Shown here: positions 52,167-60,637 of the stretch, in pieces
Position numbering within the stretch: position 1 is the first letter of the stretch
How the letters are laid out: every line of letters starts with the position of its first letter
Assembly (NCBI GenBank): GCA_017510925.1
Contig: JAFWLT010000006.1
Span: 98,599-162,598 of the forward strand
Direction of reading: 5' to 3'
Length of the DNA stretch: 64,000 nt
DNA from: Candidatus Saccharimonadota bacterium
Lineage (GTDB): Bacteria > Patescibacteriota > Saccharimonadia > Saccharimonadales > Saccharimonadaceae
Translations under genes and position numbers: made by a program
The notes under the pieces: model-generated
Database searches by the model: none
Told to the model about the DNA's origin: nothing
The model's input: only the letters and a program-made list of their open reading frames with translations

Positions 52167-52757
52167 ATGAATAAGCATAAGCAAGGTTTTACTTTTATCG
52201 AAGTTGTTTTAGTTTTGGGTATTGCTGGCGTCATTTTTATGATGGCGTTTATCGCACTTCCATCGCTTTGGGCTTCTCAACGCGATGCCGATAGAAAAGC
52301 ACGTGTGATGGAGTTTATCTCTGATCTCAAAACCTATCAAACCAATAATAGTCGTGGTTCTTTGCCAACCTTAAATGGTAGTGGACCAGAAAGGTTCACT
52401 TGGTCTGCTGCTAGAGCTTCTACATCCAAAGACCTTAGCTGGGAAAATTTTGTCAGAGATTATATCGATGCAGACTTTTCCGATGCATCAGGGAATGAAT
52501 ACGAATTTTATATTGTAGATTGTTTGTCTGGTTCTGGTACTAGTATAAATGTCGGTGAAGATTGTGCCTACAAGTCTGATTTCGGTGATCTTAATAGTCG
52601 CTACAATATAGATGTTGCCAGTGGGGTAGATTTTACCATCTATGTAGCTGTTGGTGCTACTTGCGATGGTAATACTGCCGTCAAAACCAATAGCAATCGC
52701 AACGTTGCTGCTATCCAGGTGATGGAACGTGGTGGTCGTTACTGTTACAATACCTAA
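52167..52757 (+). CDS. type IV pilin
   Basis: Class III signal MNKHKQG/FTFIEVVLVLGIAGV with Glu at +5. Confidence 0.85.
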   Translation: MNKHKQGFTFIEVVLVLGIAGVIFMMAFIALPSLWASQRDADRKARVMEFISDLKTYQTNNSRGSLPTLNGSGPERFTWSAARASTSKDLSWENFVRDYIDADFSDASGNEYEFYIVDCLSGSGTSINVGEDCAYKSDFGDLNSRYNIDVASGVDFTIYVAVGATCDGNTAVKTNSNRNVAAIQVMERGGRYCYNT

Positions 52758-52827
52758 AATGCTATTGTTTTTTTCTATAAACTTTGTTATCATAAAGGAA
52801 AGATATTAGAGAAAGGATTATATCATT

Positions 52828-53403
52828 ATGGTCAATAAAAATAATATCAAAGATAAACGTGGGTTCACCATCATCGAGGTCGTGCTTGTGCTTGCAATCG
52901 CCGGTCTTATCTTCTTGATGGTATTTATCGCACTTCCAGCACTTCAGCGTTCTCAAAGAAACACTCAGCGCCGTGATGATTACTCTATGCTTGTAACTGC
53001 CGTAAACTCTTATATGGCATCCAACAACGGTAAACTTGGCAACTTACTTAAGAGTGGTAATCCTACCGTACTCAAAAACTCTCGCTGGGTAAACAGCACC
53101 GGTGAAGATCCAAACGGTAACCCATACGAAGTTACAGCTATATCTTATAGTGACTGGGAAAGTGGTGGTCAAAAAGCCCCTACCGACGCTATTGCCGAAG
53201 ATGGCAATAACTCTTCTCGTTCTGATGGTACCACTTCTACTACTGGTTCCCAAGTATTCGTGGTTATCAAAGCTAACTGTTCCGGCGTAGACGCTAATGG
53301 TGATCCACAACCAGCAGCCGATACTGCAGCTCGTGCCTTCGCAGTTTATGGCTACCTAGAAGGTGGCTCCATATTCTGCCAGGATAGTGGTAGCAACCGA
53401 TAA
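52828..53403 (+). CDS. type IV pilin
   Basis: Prepilin signal ...KDKRG/FTIIEVVLVLAIAGLIF. SD AAAGGA upstream. Followed by a strong terminator. Confidence 0.85.
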   Translation: MVNKNNIKDKRGFTIIEVVLVLAIAGLIFLMVFIALPALQRSQRNTQRRDDYSMLVTAVNSYMASNNGKLGNLLKSGNPTVLKNSRWVNSTGEDPNGNPYEVTAISYSDWESGGQKAPTDAIAEDGNNSSRSDGTTSTTGSQVFVVIKANCSGVDANGDPQPAADTAARAFAVYGYLEGGSIFCQDSGSNR

Positions 53404-53419
53404 TCCTACTAAAGCCATT

Positions 53420-53447
53420 AAATCACCCCGAAAAGGGGTGATTTTTT
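53420..53447 (+). terminator. rho-independent terminator after the second pilin gene
   Basis: AATCACCCC-GAAAA-GGGGTGATTTTTT. Confidence 0.9.
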
Positions 53448-53463
53448 ATGGTAAAATAAGTAT

Positions 53464-54216
53464 ATGCAGATTCTATTTCTCATCTTAATGTTCATTATCG
53501 GCGCAGTCTTTGGATCCTTTTTCTGCTGCCAAGTTCGCCGAGAAGGGAAGATCAAATCTCGTCGTTCTATTTGTCTCCACTGCAAAAAGAAGCTAAGTTG
53601 GTATGACAATATCCCAGTTATTTCTTGGTGCGTTTTAAGAGGCAAATGCAGAAATTGCCATAAAAAGATCGGCTACGCCGAAATTATTTCCGAGCTTGCC
53701 TCTGGTCTAGCTCTTCTTGCTATCGGTACAACCATCAATGTAGAAACTGCAACCATCACTAACTGGATTACCTTTATTCTGATCACAATTTTTACTCTTT
53801 CTCTTCTATTTCTTGCCACCTACGATGGCCTCACTGGCAAATTACCAACAATAGGCCTTATTATATCTGTGATATTGGCAGTTTCGTCAATTATTCCAAG
53901 CGCGATTAACAATTTTTCCGTGATGCCATTTTTATCTGGCGCACTCTTTGGTGGAATCTACCTTGGTATTTATCTCATATCCAAAGGGAAATGGGTTGGT
54001 GACGGCGATTGGATTTTGGCTGGTAGCATAGGCTTGGCGCTCGGGCACCCTTGGCTAGCTGCATTTGCACTATTTGTCGCTAACTTTTCGGCTTGTTTGA
54101 TTATGTATCCACTAGTAAAAAATAAGAAAAACCACCAAATCTATTTTGGCCCATTTTTGGTATTATCTTTTGTAATAGTATATGTGTTGGCACCGATGCT
54201 TCTTAGTGTGATATAA
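53464..54216 (+). CDS. pilD: prepilin peptidase (A24 family) PilD
   Basis: CLHCKKKLSWYDNIPVISW...CRNCHKKI zinc motif; multiple TM segments; GDGDW catalytic Asp region. Confidence 0.88.
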   Translation: MQILFLILMFIIGAVFGSFFCCQVRREGKIKSRRSICLHCKKKLSWYDNIPVISWCVLRGKCRNCHKKIGYAEIISELASGLALLAIGTTINVETATITNWITFILITIFTLSLLFLATYDGLTGKLPTIGLIISVILAVSSIIPSAINNFSVMPFLSGALFGGIYLGIYLISKGKWVGDGDWILAGSIGLALGHPWLAAFALFVANFSACLIMYPLVKNKKNHQIYFGPFLVLSFVIVYVLAPMLLSVI

Positions 54217-54223
54217 TAAGAAT

Positions 54224-54988
54224 ATGCATAAGCTAAAAGGAGACACGTTAATTGAAGTAGCACTTGCTATCGGGATTTTTTCCTTAGTGGCTATTACTGT
54301 TGTCTCAGTAGTTTCAGCTAGCCTTACTGGTGCTCAGTCGGCCCTAGAGACTACCGTCACTAGGGAAGAATTAGACGGCCAGGCAGAGGCACTTAGATTC
54401 ATTCACGATTCTTATGTTTCTGGCACTCAGTCCAAAAAAGTCACCGACAACGTCTATGGCAAACTTTGGACAGCTATTACTGCTCGCGCTGTTCCAGAAG
54501 ATTCTTCCACGGCAGTTCTAGATTTTAACCCAGAAACTTGCTCCAGTATATATACTGGAACCGGGCTCCTAGACACGTCTAAGACCGGTCCTAACCCATT
54601 TATTATCAATACACGTCAATTATCCAGTGCTGATCCAAATAAGATTATCGTGGCTAGTAAACCTTCAGATACGAAAGGCATCTTTTACCAAGCTGCTACT
54701 TACCCTAGGATTATCTATGGCGATATTATCGGCTCAGGAGCAGATGGTGATGACCTCTATAGCCAGACCACCAGTGAGTATCTAGACATCAAGCGCGTCG
54801 AAGGTATCTTTATCACCGTAGTTAAAGGCGAAAGCAAAATCGTTAAAGATGGTGGTAATACCGTCCAGAGCGAAGCTGCTCACTACGATTTTTATATTCA
54901 CTCCTGTTGGATGCCACCAAACACCGATCGAGCTTCCACTATCTCTACTGTTGTTAGATTGTATGACCCAGCTGTGATCGTCTACTAA
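54224..54988 (+). CDS. minor pilin-like protein with atypical prepilin signal
   Basis: MHKLKG/DTLIEVALAIGIFSLVAI has Glu at +5 but Asp at +1. Confidence 0.6.
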   Translation: MHKLKGDTLIEVALAIGIFSLVAITVVSVVSASLTGAQSALETTVTREELDGQAEALRFIHDSYVSGTQSKKVTDNVYGKLWTAITARAVPEDSSTAVLDFNPETCSSIYTGTGLLDTSKTGPNPFIINTRQLSSADPNKIIVASKPSDTKGIFYQAATYPRIIYGDIIGSGADGDDLYSQTTSEYLDIKRVEGIFITVVKGESKIVKDGGNTVQSEAAHYDFYIHSCWMPPNTDRASTISTVVRLYDPAVIVY

Positions 54989-55927
54989 TTATTTAGTATC
55001 AGAATGAAACTTTTTATGTACTTCTTTAAGATGCGCGTCCGTTACGTGTGTATAGATTTGTGTAGTAGAAATATCAGCGTGACCGAGGAGTGATTGTACA
55101 GCACGAATATCGGCACCATTCATCAATAAATCCGTAGCAAAAGAATGCCTCAGGGTGTGTGGTGAAACGTGCTTGGTAATTCCAGCCATCCGGGCGTATT
55201 TTTCTACGATACGTTCAACTGAGCGTGCTGTAATGCGACGATAATCGCCAGAAGTATCTACGGCCTGCAAATTTCTAGAGTTGTTTAAAAACAGCGCTGG
55301 CAAAGAATCCGTTCTAGCATCTAGATAATCTGCTAGCCTGTCAGCGCAGGCATCAGAAATAAAGATTGGTCGGTCTTTAGAACCTTTACCTCTCACCATA
55401 AACTCTTTTTTGGCCAAATTAATAGAATCGCGATTTAAATTAACAAGCTCAGAAACACGTAGGCCCCCAGAGTAGAGAAGTTCAATAATTGCTCGGTCAC
55501 GTAGCCCAGATTCCGTAGAAAGATCAATCTGGTCCAACATTTCCTCCACCTCATCATAATGTAGAAACGTTACTTGTTTTCGCACCACTTTAGGCAGCTC
55601 CACGAGGGAAGGATCAAGCGATTTAATTTCGCGTTTAGTCAGATACTTCAAAAACCCTCTTAAAGCTATCAAATGATATGCCTGAGTGATAGCCTTAAGA
55701 TCATCGCCACCGTTAGAAGATCCATAGCGATTCAGCTTCAATCGGTATTTTCTTAGGAGTTCCTTATCGATATCAGAGGCTTTAAGCTCATCCTTACCGG
55801 TGATTTCTAATGCAATATCCAAAAATCGTTCAAGATATAATCTGTAGTTTTCGACTGTCTTTTGTGAGCGTCCACGCTCAATTTCTAGGTGCTCAAGAAA
55901 ATCTTCGATTAAATCTGACACGTACAT
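54989..55927 (-). CDS. XerC/XerD-family tyrosine recombinase
   Basis: SAM-like N-terminus; catalytic RHSFATDLL...LLGHADISTTQIYTHV. Confidence 0.9.
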   Translation of the reverse strand: MYVSDLIEDFLEHLEIERGRSQKTVENYRLYLERFLDIALEITGKDELKASDIDKELLRKYRLKLNRYGSSNGGDDLKAITQAYHLIALRGFLKYLTKREIKSLDPSLVELPKVVRKQVTFLHYDEVEEMLDQIDLSTESGLRDRAIIELLYSGGLRVSELVNLNRDSINLAKKEFMVRGKGSKDRPIFISDACADRLADYLDARTDSLPALFLNNSRNLQAVDTSGDYRRITARSVERIVEKYARMAGITKHVSPHTLRHSFATDLLMNGADIRAVQSLLGHADISTTQIYTHVTDAHLKEVHKKFHSDTK

Positions 55928-55942
55928 AGTTACATTATAGCA

Positions 55943-57136
55943 CTACTTGCAGAGCTTGTATGCGTCGCGAACAATCATCACCTCTTCATTGGTTGGTTCA
56001 ACGTATACTGGTACTGTAGAGTCTTCTGTGGTGATGATGCCACTAGTAATTTCTTTGAAGCTAGCGATTGCATCATTTACTTCTTTATTGAGCTTAATTC
56101 CAAGTGGAGCTAGGCCATTGATGATAGATTCACGAGTTTCAGCACCGTTTTCGAGCACACCAGCTGTAAACACGATGGCATCTACCTCACCACCAAGTTC
56201 CAAGTAATACTCAGCGATGTAGCGGTCGATACGGTCTACGTACATATCAAGCGCGAGTCTAGCATTTTCGTCGCCGTTAGCGATTGCTTGCTCTACGTCA
56301 CGGTTATCATTAAATCCACAAACGCCTTTGAGACCAGATTCCTTATTGAGTGCATCATCAATTTTGTCGTAGGTCATACCAGCTTCGTCGATCATATATT
56401 TAATGATAGAAGGGTCAATTGAGCCGGAACGGGTGCCCATCATCAAACCATCGAGTGGGGTAAGACCCATCGTAGTATCATAGCTTTTACCATCTTTTAC
56501 GGCAGTAATTGAAGCGCCAGAACCAACGTGACAAATAATCAAATTGATATTTTCTTTGCCGAGTTTTTTCTGCATTTCTTCGGTGATATATTTGTGAGAG
56601 GTTCCGTGGAAACCATATTTTCTCACGCCGTATTTTTCATACCATTCCATTGGCACAGGATACATATACTGAATTTTTGGAATTGTCTGATGGAATGCTG
56701 TATCAAACACTGCTACCTGGGTAGCGTTAGGAAGTGCCTTTTGCATAGCTTTGATAGCAGCGAGATTGCCAGGGAAGTGAAGTGGTGCGAACTTACCAAA
56801 TTCCTTAATATCTTTCATCACTTCGTCATCAATCACCACTGATTTAGCGTACTTTTCACCACCGTGAACTGCGCGATGCCCAACAGCACGGATCTCTTGT
56901 AAATCTTTTACTGCACCGTAGTTGATTAGCTCTTCTAGCATAACTTTTACGGCTTCAGCGTGATCTTTGATGAGTTTCTTTACTTCGGTCTTTTTACCTT
57001 CAAACTTGATGGTATAAAAAGAGTCTTTTGCTCCAATCTTTTCAACGTAGCCACCGATAATAGATATTTCTGCTGGCATATCATAAAGCTGAAACTTCAA
57101 AGAAGAAGAACCAGCATTAACGCATAATACTTTCAT
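55943..57136 (-). CDS. ackA: acetate kinase
   Basis: MKVLCVNAGSSSLKFQLY, HRAVHGG, GFHGTSH, HVGSGAS. Confidence 0.95.
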   Translation of the reverse strand: MKVLCVNAGSSSLKFQLYDMPAEISIIGGYVEKIGAKDSFYTIKFEGKKTEVKKLIKDHAEAVKVMLEELINYGAVKDLQEIRAVGHRAVHGGEKYAKSVVIDDEVMKDIKEFGKFAPLHFPGNLAAIKAMQKALPNATQVAVFDTAFHQTIPKIQYMYPVPMEWYEKYGVRKYGFHGTSHKYITEEMQKKLGKENINLIICHVGSGASITAVKDGKSYDTTMGLTPLDGLMMGTRSGSIDPSIIKYMIDEAGMTYDKIDDALNKESGLKGVCGFNDNRDVEQAIANGDENARLALDMYVDRIDRYIAEYYLELGGEVDAIVFTAGVLENGAETRESIINGLAPLGIKLNKEVNDAIASFKEITSGIITTEDSTVPVYVEPTNEEVMIVRDAYKLCK

Positions 57137-57175
57137 CTTTTCTCCTGTTATATTGATATATATTATATCACGGTT

Positions 57176-57910
57176 TTACAACACTTTTTCGAGAAACTCT
57201 TTTACCCTAGGAGTTTTTGGATGAGAGAAGAACTTGTCTGGCGCACCTTCTTCTATAATGCGCCCCTTATCGATAAACACAATTCTAGAAGCAATTTCTT
57301 TAGCGAAGTTCATCTCGTGTGTTACGATAATGGTAGTCATTCCATTGTCTACTACTTCGTGAATGAGGTCTAAGACATCACCGATAGATTCTGGATCAAG
57401 CGCAGAAGTTGGTTCGTCAAAGAGAAGGACAGAAGGCTCCATCATCAAAGCTCTCACGATCGCTACGCGTTGTTTCTGACCACCAGAAAGAGAAGCAGGG
57501 AAGGCATCAGCCTTTTCGATCAGACCGATATGTTTAAGTAGCTTTTTAGCTTTTGCTTCTGCCTCATCCAAACTAAACTTCTTTAACTTCACTGGTGCCA
57601 AGGTCAAATTTTCCATTACGGTAAGATTATTGATCAGGTTAAAATGCTGAAACACCATACCAATCTTGGCGCGCATTTCCTGGATATTTTTATCGTCAAT
57701 TAGCGTGTCCTCAAAAGAAACCTTACCAGCCGTTGGTTCTTCTAGCCTGTTGATACATCTAAGAAAAGTAGATTTACCAGAGCCGGACGGGCCAAGTATC
57801 ACCACTTTTTCACCCTCATAAAGATCAAAATCAATACCAGTAAGTACTTTATTTTCGCCAAAGGCTTTCTTTAATCCTCGTACCGAGATTACATTCTTAC
57901 GCTCTGGCAT
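57176..57910 (-). CDS. polar amino acid ABC transporter ATP-binding protein
   Basis: GPSGSGKST, LSGGQKQRVAIVRAL, LLFDEPTSALD. Confidence 0.92.
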   Translation of the reverse strand: MPERKNVISVRGLKKAFGENKVLTGIDFDLYEGEKVVILGPSGSGKSTFLRCINRLEEPTAGKVSFEDTLIDDKNIQEMRAKIGMVFQHFNLINNLTVMENLTLAPVKLKKFSLDEAEAKAKKLLKHIGLIEKADAFPASLSGGQKQRVAIVRALMMEPSVLLFDEPTSALDPESIGDVLDLIHEVVDNGMTTIIVTHEMNFAKEIASRIVFIDKGRIIEEGAPDKFFSHPKTPRVKEFLEKVL

Positions 57911-58591
57911 CGCTCCTCCTCATATGTTTTTCTATACGTTTTATGATGAACGTAATTAAATACACTACGGCCAAGTAGAACAAAGCTGCCACAAACATTG
58001 GCACTACATAGCTCGCCATATTTTGACCCGAGCCGATATCTTTAGCTGCCATATTAAGATCGTACATACCCACCATACTTACGATCGCAGTTTCCTTGAT
58101 CACCGTAATTATTTCGTTGCCAAGCGAAGGAATAATATTTTTGATCGCTTGGGGAAAGACAATCTTAGAAAATACTGTAAGTGGCGAGAGTCCTAAGGCT
58201 AGGCCGGCTTCCGTTTGACCAGCTCGACAGATAAAATACCACCTCTGATAATTTCTGAACAATATGCAGCTGAGTTGAAGGCAAAGGCCAAAATCGCTGT
58301 TACTACCTGAGGGAAGTCTCTGATTGCAAAGATTACAAAGAACATAATAAAGAGTTGCAACGCCATTGGCGTGCCTCGTATTACGGTTATATACACTCGG
58401 CAGATAAATCTAATTGGCGTCATCCATTTAGATTTGCCGGTCTCGATTAGCGCAATGATGAGTCCCAAAATAAATCCGATCAAAACTGCAAAAAACGCAA
58501 TTTCAATTGTTAGCAAAAAACCGTGGAGGAGGGAATCAAGATACTCTGGTGTGGTAAATAGCTCTACGACTTTATCAAAGAAATTTTCCAC
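57897..58591 (-). pseudogene. amino acid ABC transporter permease interrupted by a 1-nt frameshift
   Basis: ORFs 58199-58591 (…AYCSEIIRGGILSV) and 57897-58262 (RAGQTEAGLALGLS…) form one His/Glu/Gln-type permease if one nt is restored near 58226-58228. Confidence 0.7.
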
Positions 58592-58606
58592 CCAGCACCT
58601 CCAATA

Positions 58607-59515
58607 TTAGAACCCCATATATTTTAGAACTAATCTATCGATCTCGGTTTTGCCCTCGGCGTCACGGGTCAGCATTTCTGCTAGAACCTCATTAAAGGCC
58701 TCAAGAAGCTCTGTCTTGTCTTTGTTCACGGCAATTGCATAAGATTCTTCTGCTGGTTCATCATCAGCCACAGTAGCCCCCATATAATATAGTGGCAAAG
58801 CCCCAAGATTAGGATTCTTGTCTACGATCATTTTAGCTGGAAGTTCGTCGGCAATTGCATAATTTATAATATGCGCCGAAATTGCATCAGCAGCAAGTTG
58901 GTGAGAGTCAAAGCCTTTTACTTCAGTATTGGTGCCAGCAAGTACACCAGATTCTGCTTCGTCAGAAGCAAAGAGATAACCGGTACTTCCAGTCTGTGAA
59001 CCAACTTTAGCCCCAGCCAGAGCGTTCCATACTACGTGACCGTCTCTGGTTTCTGGCGCAGCATTTTTATCGAAAATTACATATTGTACAGATGTATAGT
59101 AAGGGATGGAGAAGTTTACTTTTGCGCTTCGAGCCGGGGTAATAGTGAGCCCTGCCGCACCGGCATCAGCAATTTTACCAGCTTCCACGTTATCGATAAT
59201 CACATCAAACTCTACGTCTTTGATATCGATCTTTTTATTCATTTTCTTAGCAACGCGATCAATAATTTCTACATCTACACCTTTTATTTGACGTCCTTCG
59301 TAAAATTCAAACGGTGCAAAGAATGCATTAGTTTCTACAATATAATCTGCTTTTTTGTTAGCATTAATAATAAATAATGCTATTACGCCAGCGATCGACG
59401 CTAGCACAATTAAAATCTCTATAATTAGCCCAGCAGGGAACTTTTTATTGTTTTTCTTTTTGCTTGATTTTGTAGACTTCTTTACCATAACCTTATTATA
59501 CCATATCGACACCAA
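58607..59515 (-). CDS. amino acid ABC transporter substrate-binding protein, TM-anchored (no lipobox Cys)
   Basis: SBP_bac_3-like (FAPFEFYEG...GVDVEI...GLTITPAR). N-terminal basic stretch plus a TM helix. The start is possibly ATG 59488. Confidence 0.8.
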   Translation of the reverse strand: MVSIWYNKVMVKKSTKSSKKKNNKKFPAGLIIEILIVLASIAGVIALFIINANKKADYIVETNAFFAPFEFYEGRQIKGVDVEIIDRVAKKMNKKIDIKDVEFDVIIDNVEAGKIADAGAAGLTITPARSAKVNFSIPYYTSVQYVIFDKNAAPETRDGHVVWNALAGAKVGSQTGSTGYLFASDEAESGVLAGTNTEVKGFDSHQLAADAISAHIINYAIADELPAKMIVDKNPNLGALPLYYMGATVADDEPAEESYAIAVNKDKTELLEAFNEVLAEMLTRDAEGKTEIDRLVLKYMGF

Positions 59516-59541
59516 AAAGCACGGCCAATGACCGTGCTTTA
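59513..59541 (-). terminator. rho-independent terminator of mscL
   Basis: The minus-strand RNA reads AAAGCACGG-UCAUUGG-CCGUGCUUUUUGG. Confidence 0.85.
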
Positions 59542-59547
59542 ACGGGT

Positions 59548-59967
59548 TTATTTTTTCTTTGCGTCTTTTGCGTCTTTTGCGTCTTTTGCATCTTTTTTGC
59601 GATTGATGCGATTCATTGCTTTAATGATCATAAAGATCACCCAAGCGATAATTAGGAACTCCACCACATTCTGGATGAAATTACCGTAAGCGATCACAGC
59701 TTCAGTGTTACCACCAAAGAAATTTGGAATTACGAGTTTAAGATCACGGAAATTCACACCACCACCGATGAGGCCCACAATTGGCATAATCATATCGTTC
59801 ACCAAAGAATTAACAATTGCTGTAAATGCACCACCTACAGCTACACCTACGGCTAGATCTACTACTGAGCCACGATTAATAAATTCAATAAATTCTTTTC
59901 TGAATCCAGAATTTTTCTCGCGTACAGCTGAAACTTTTTCTTTGACTTTGTCAGTCTTTTCTCCCAT
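59548..59967 (-). CDS. mscL: large-conductance mechanosensitive channel MscL
   Basis: FKEFINRGSVVDLAVGVAVGGAF-type N-terminus; C-terminal (DAK)4 repeat. Confidence 0.92.
   Translation of the reverse strand: MGEKTDKVKEKVSAVREKNSGFRKEFIEFINRGSVVDLAVGVAVGGAFTAIVNSLVNDMIMPIVGLIGGGVNFRDLKLVIPNFFGGNTEAVIAYGNFIQNVVEFLIIAWVIFMIIKAMNRINRKKDAKDAKDAKDAKKK
59561..59596. repeat. 9-bp tandem repeat x4 (GCGTCTTTT) encoding DAKDAKDAKDAK in mscL
   Basis: There are three perfect copies and one variant copy (GCATCTTTT). Confidence 0.85.
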
Positions 59968-59987
59968 AAATAACTCCTATTTAGAAT

Positions 59988-60614
59988 TTATTTTGCTTTT
60001 GTCTCTGAAAAATCATTAAATTGTGCATAAAGATTATTCAGACTATCGTAAGATGTAGCGAGAGCAGACTTGAGGGTTTGATCATCGGAAGCATTAGCAA
60101 TGCTAGTTACGTCGCTCATTGTACTAAAGATTTCAAAGGCCATTTTATGCGCGAATACTCTGTCTAGAAGCCCATTAATTTTGGCTTCAAACAGTTCGTT
60201 CATTAATTCGTCGCGTTGTAATTCGGCTGCTTCCTTTACGGTGTCTTTTTCTCGGCCAGCTTCATAGCCATATTTTGCAGCCATAAAAGTATTGAGACTA
60301 GAAGAAGTGTTTGTAAATACACCCTTAAGAGATGCAGAAAGGGAACGAAGCAAAGATGATTTAATGCTACCTTGGTATTCTGTGATTGCCTCTGAGGTGC
60401 CATCAAGTCTAAGCTTGAGGTCAATACACTTTTCTTGTAAGTCTTCTTTATTTCCGAGCATAGAGCCAAGGACGATGATCGCGATCAAAAGGCCAAATGC
60501 AGCAAGCCCCCATTTTAGCCATTTAGAGCTTAAAATATCACCAAGACCACCCTTTTTTTGTTTTGGAGGTCTGGCAGCTCTTGAAATTTGATCCAGATAG
60601 TCCTGACTGTCCAT
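59988..60614 (-). CDS. hypothetical bitopic membrane protein (208 aa)
   Basis: Basic N-terminus, a single TM (WGLAAFGLLIAIIVLGSMLG) and a helical extracytoplasmic domain. No recognised domain. Confidence 0.5.
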   Translation of the reverse strand: MDSQDYLDQISRAARPPKQKKGGLGDILSSKWLKWGLAAFGLLIAIIVLGSMLGNKEDLQEKCIDLKLRLDGTSEAITEYQGSIKSSLLRSLSASLKGVFTNTSSSLNTFMAAKYGYEAGREKDTVKEAAELQRDELMNELFEAKINGLLDRVFAHKMAFEIFSTMSDVTSIANASDDQTLKSALATSYDSLNNLYAQFNDFSETKAK

Positions 60615-60637
60615 ATGATATAATACTATTATAGCAT

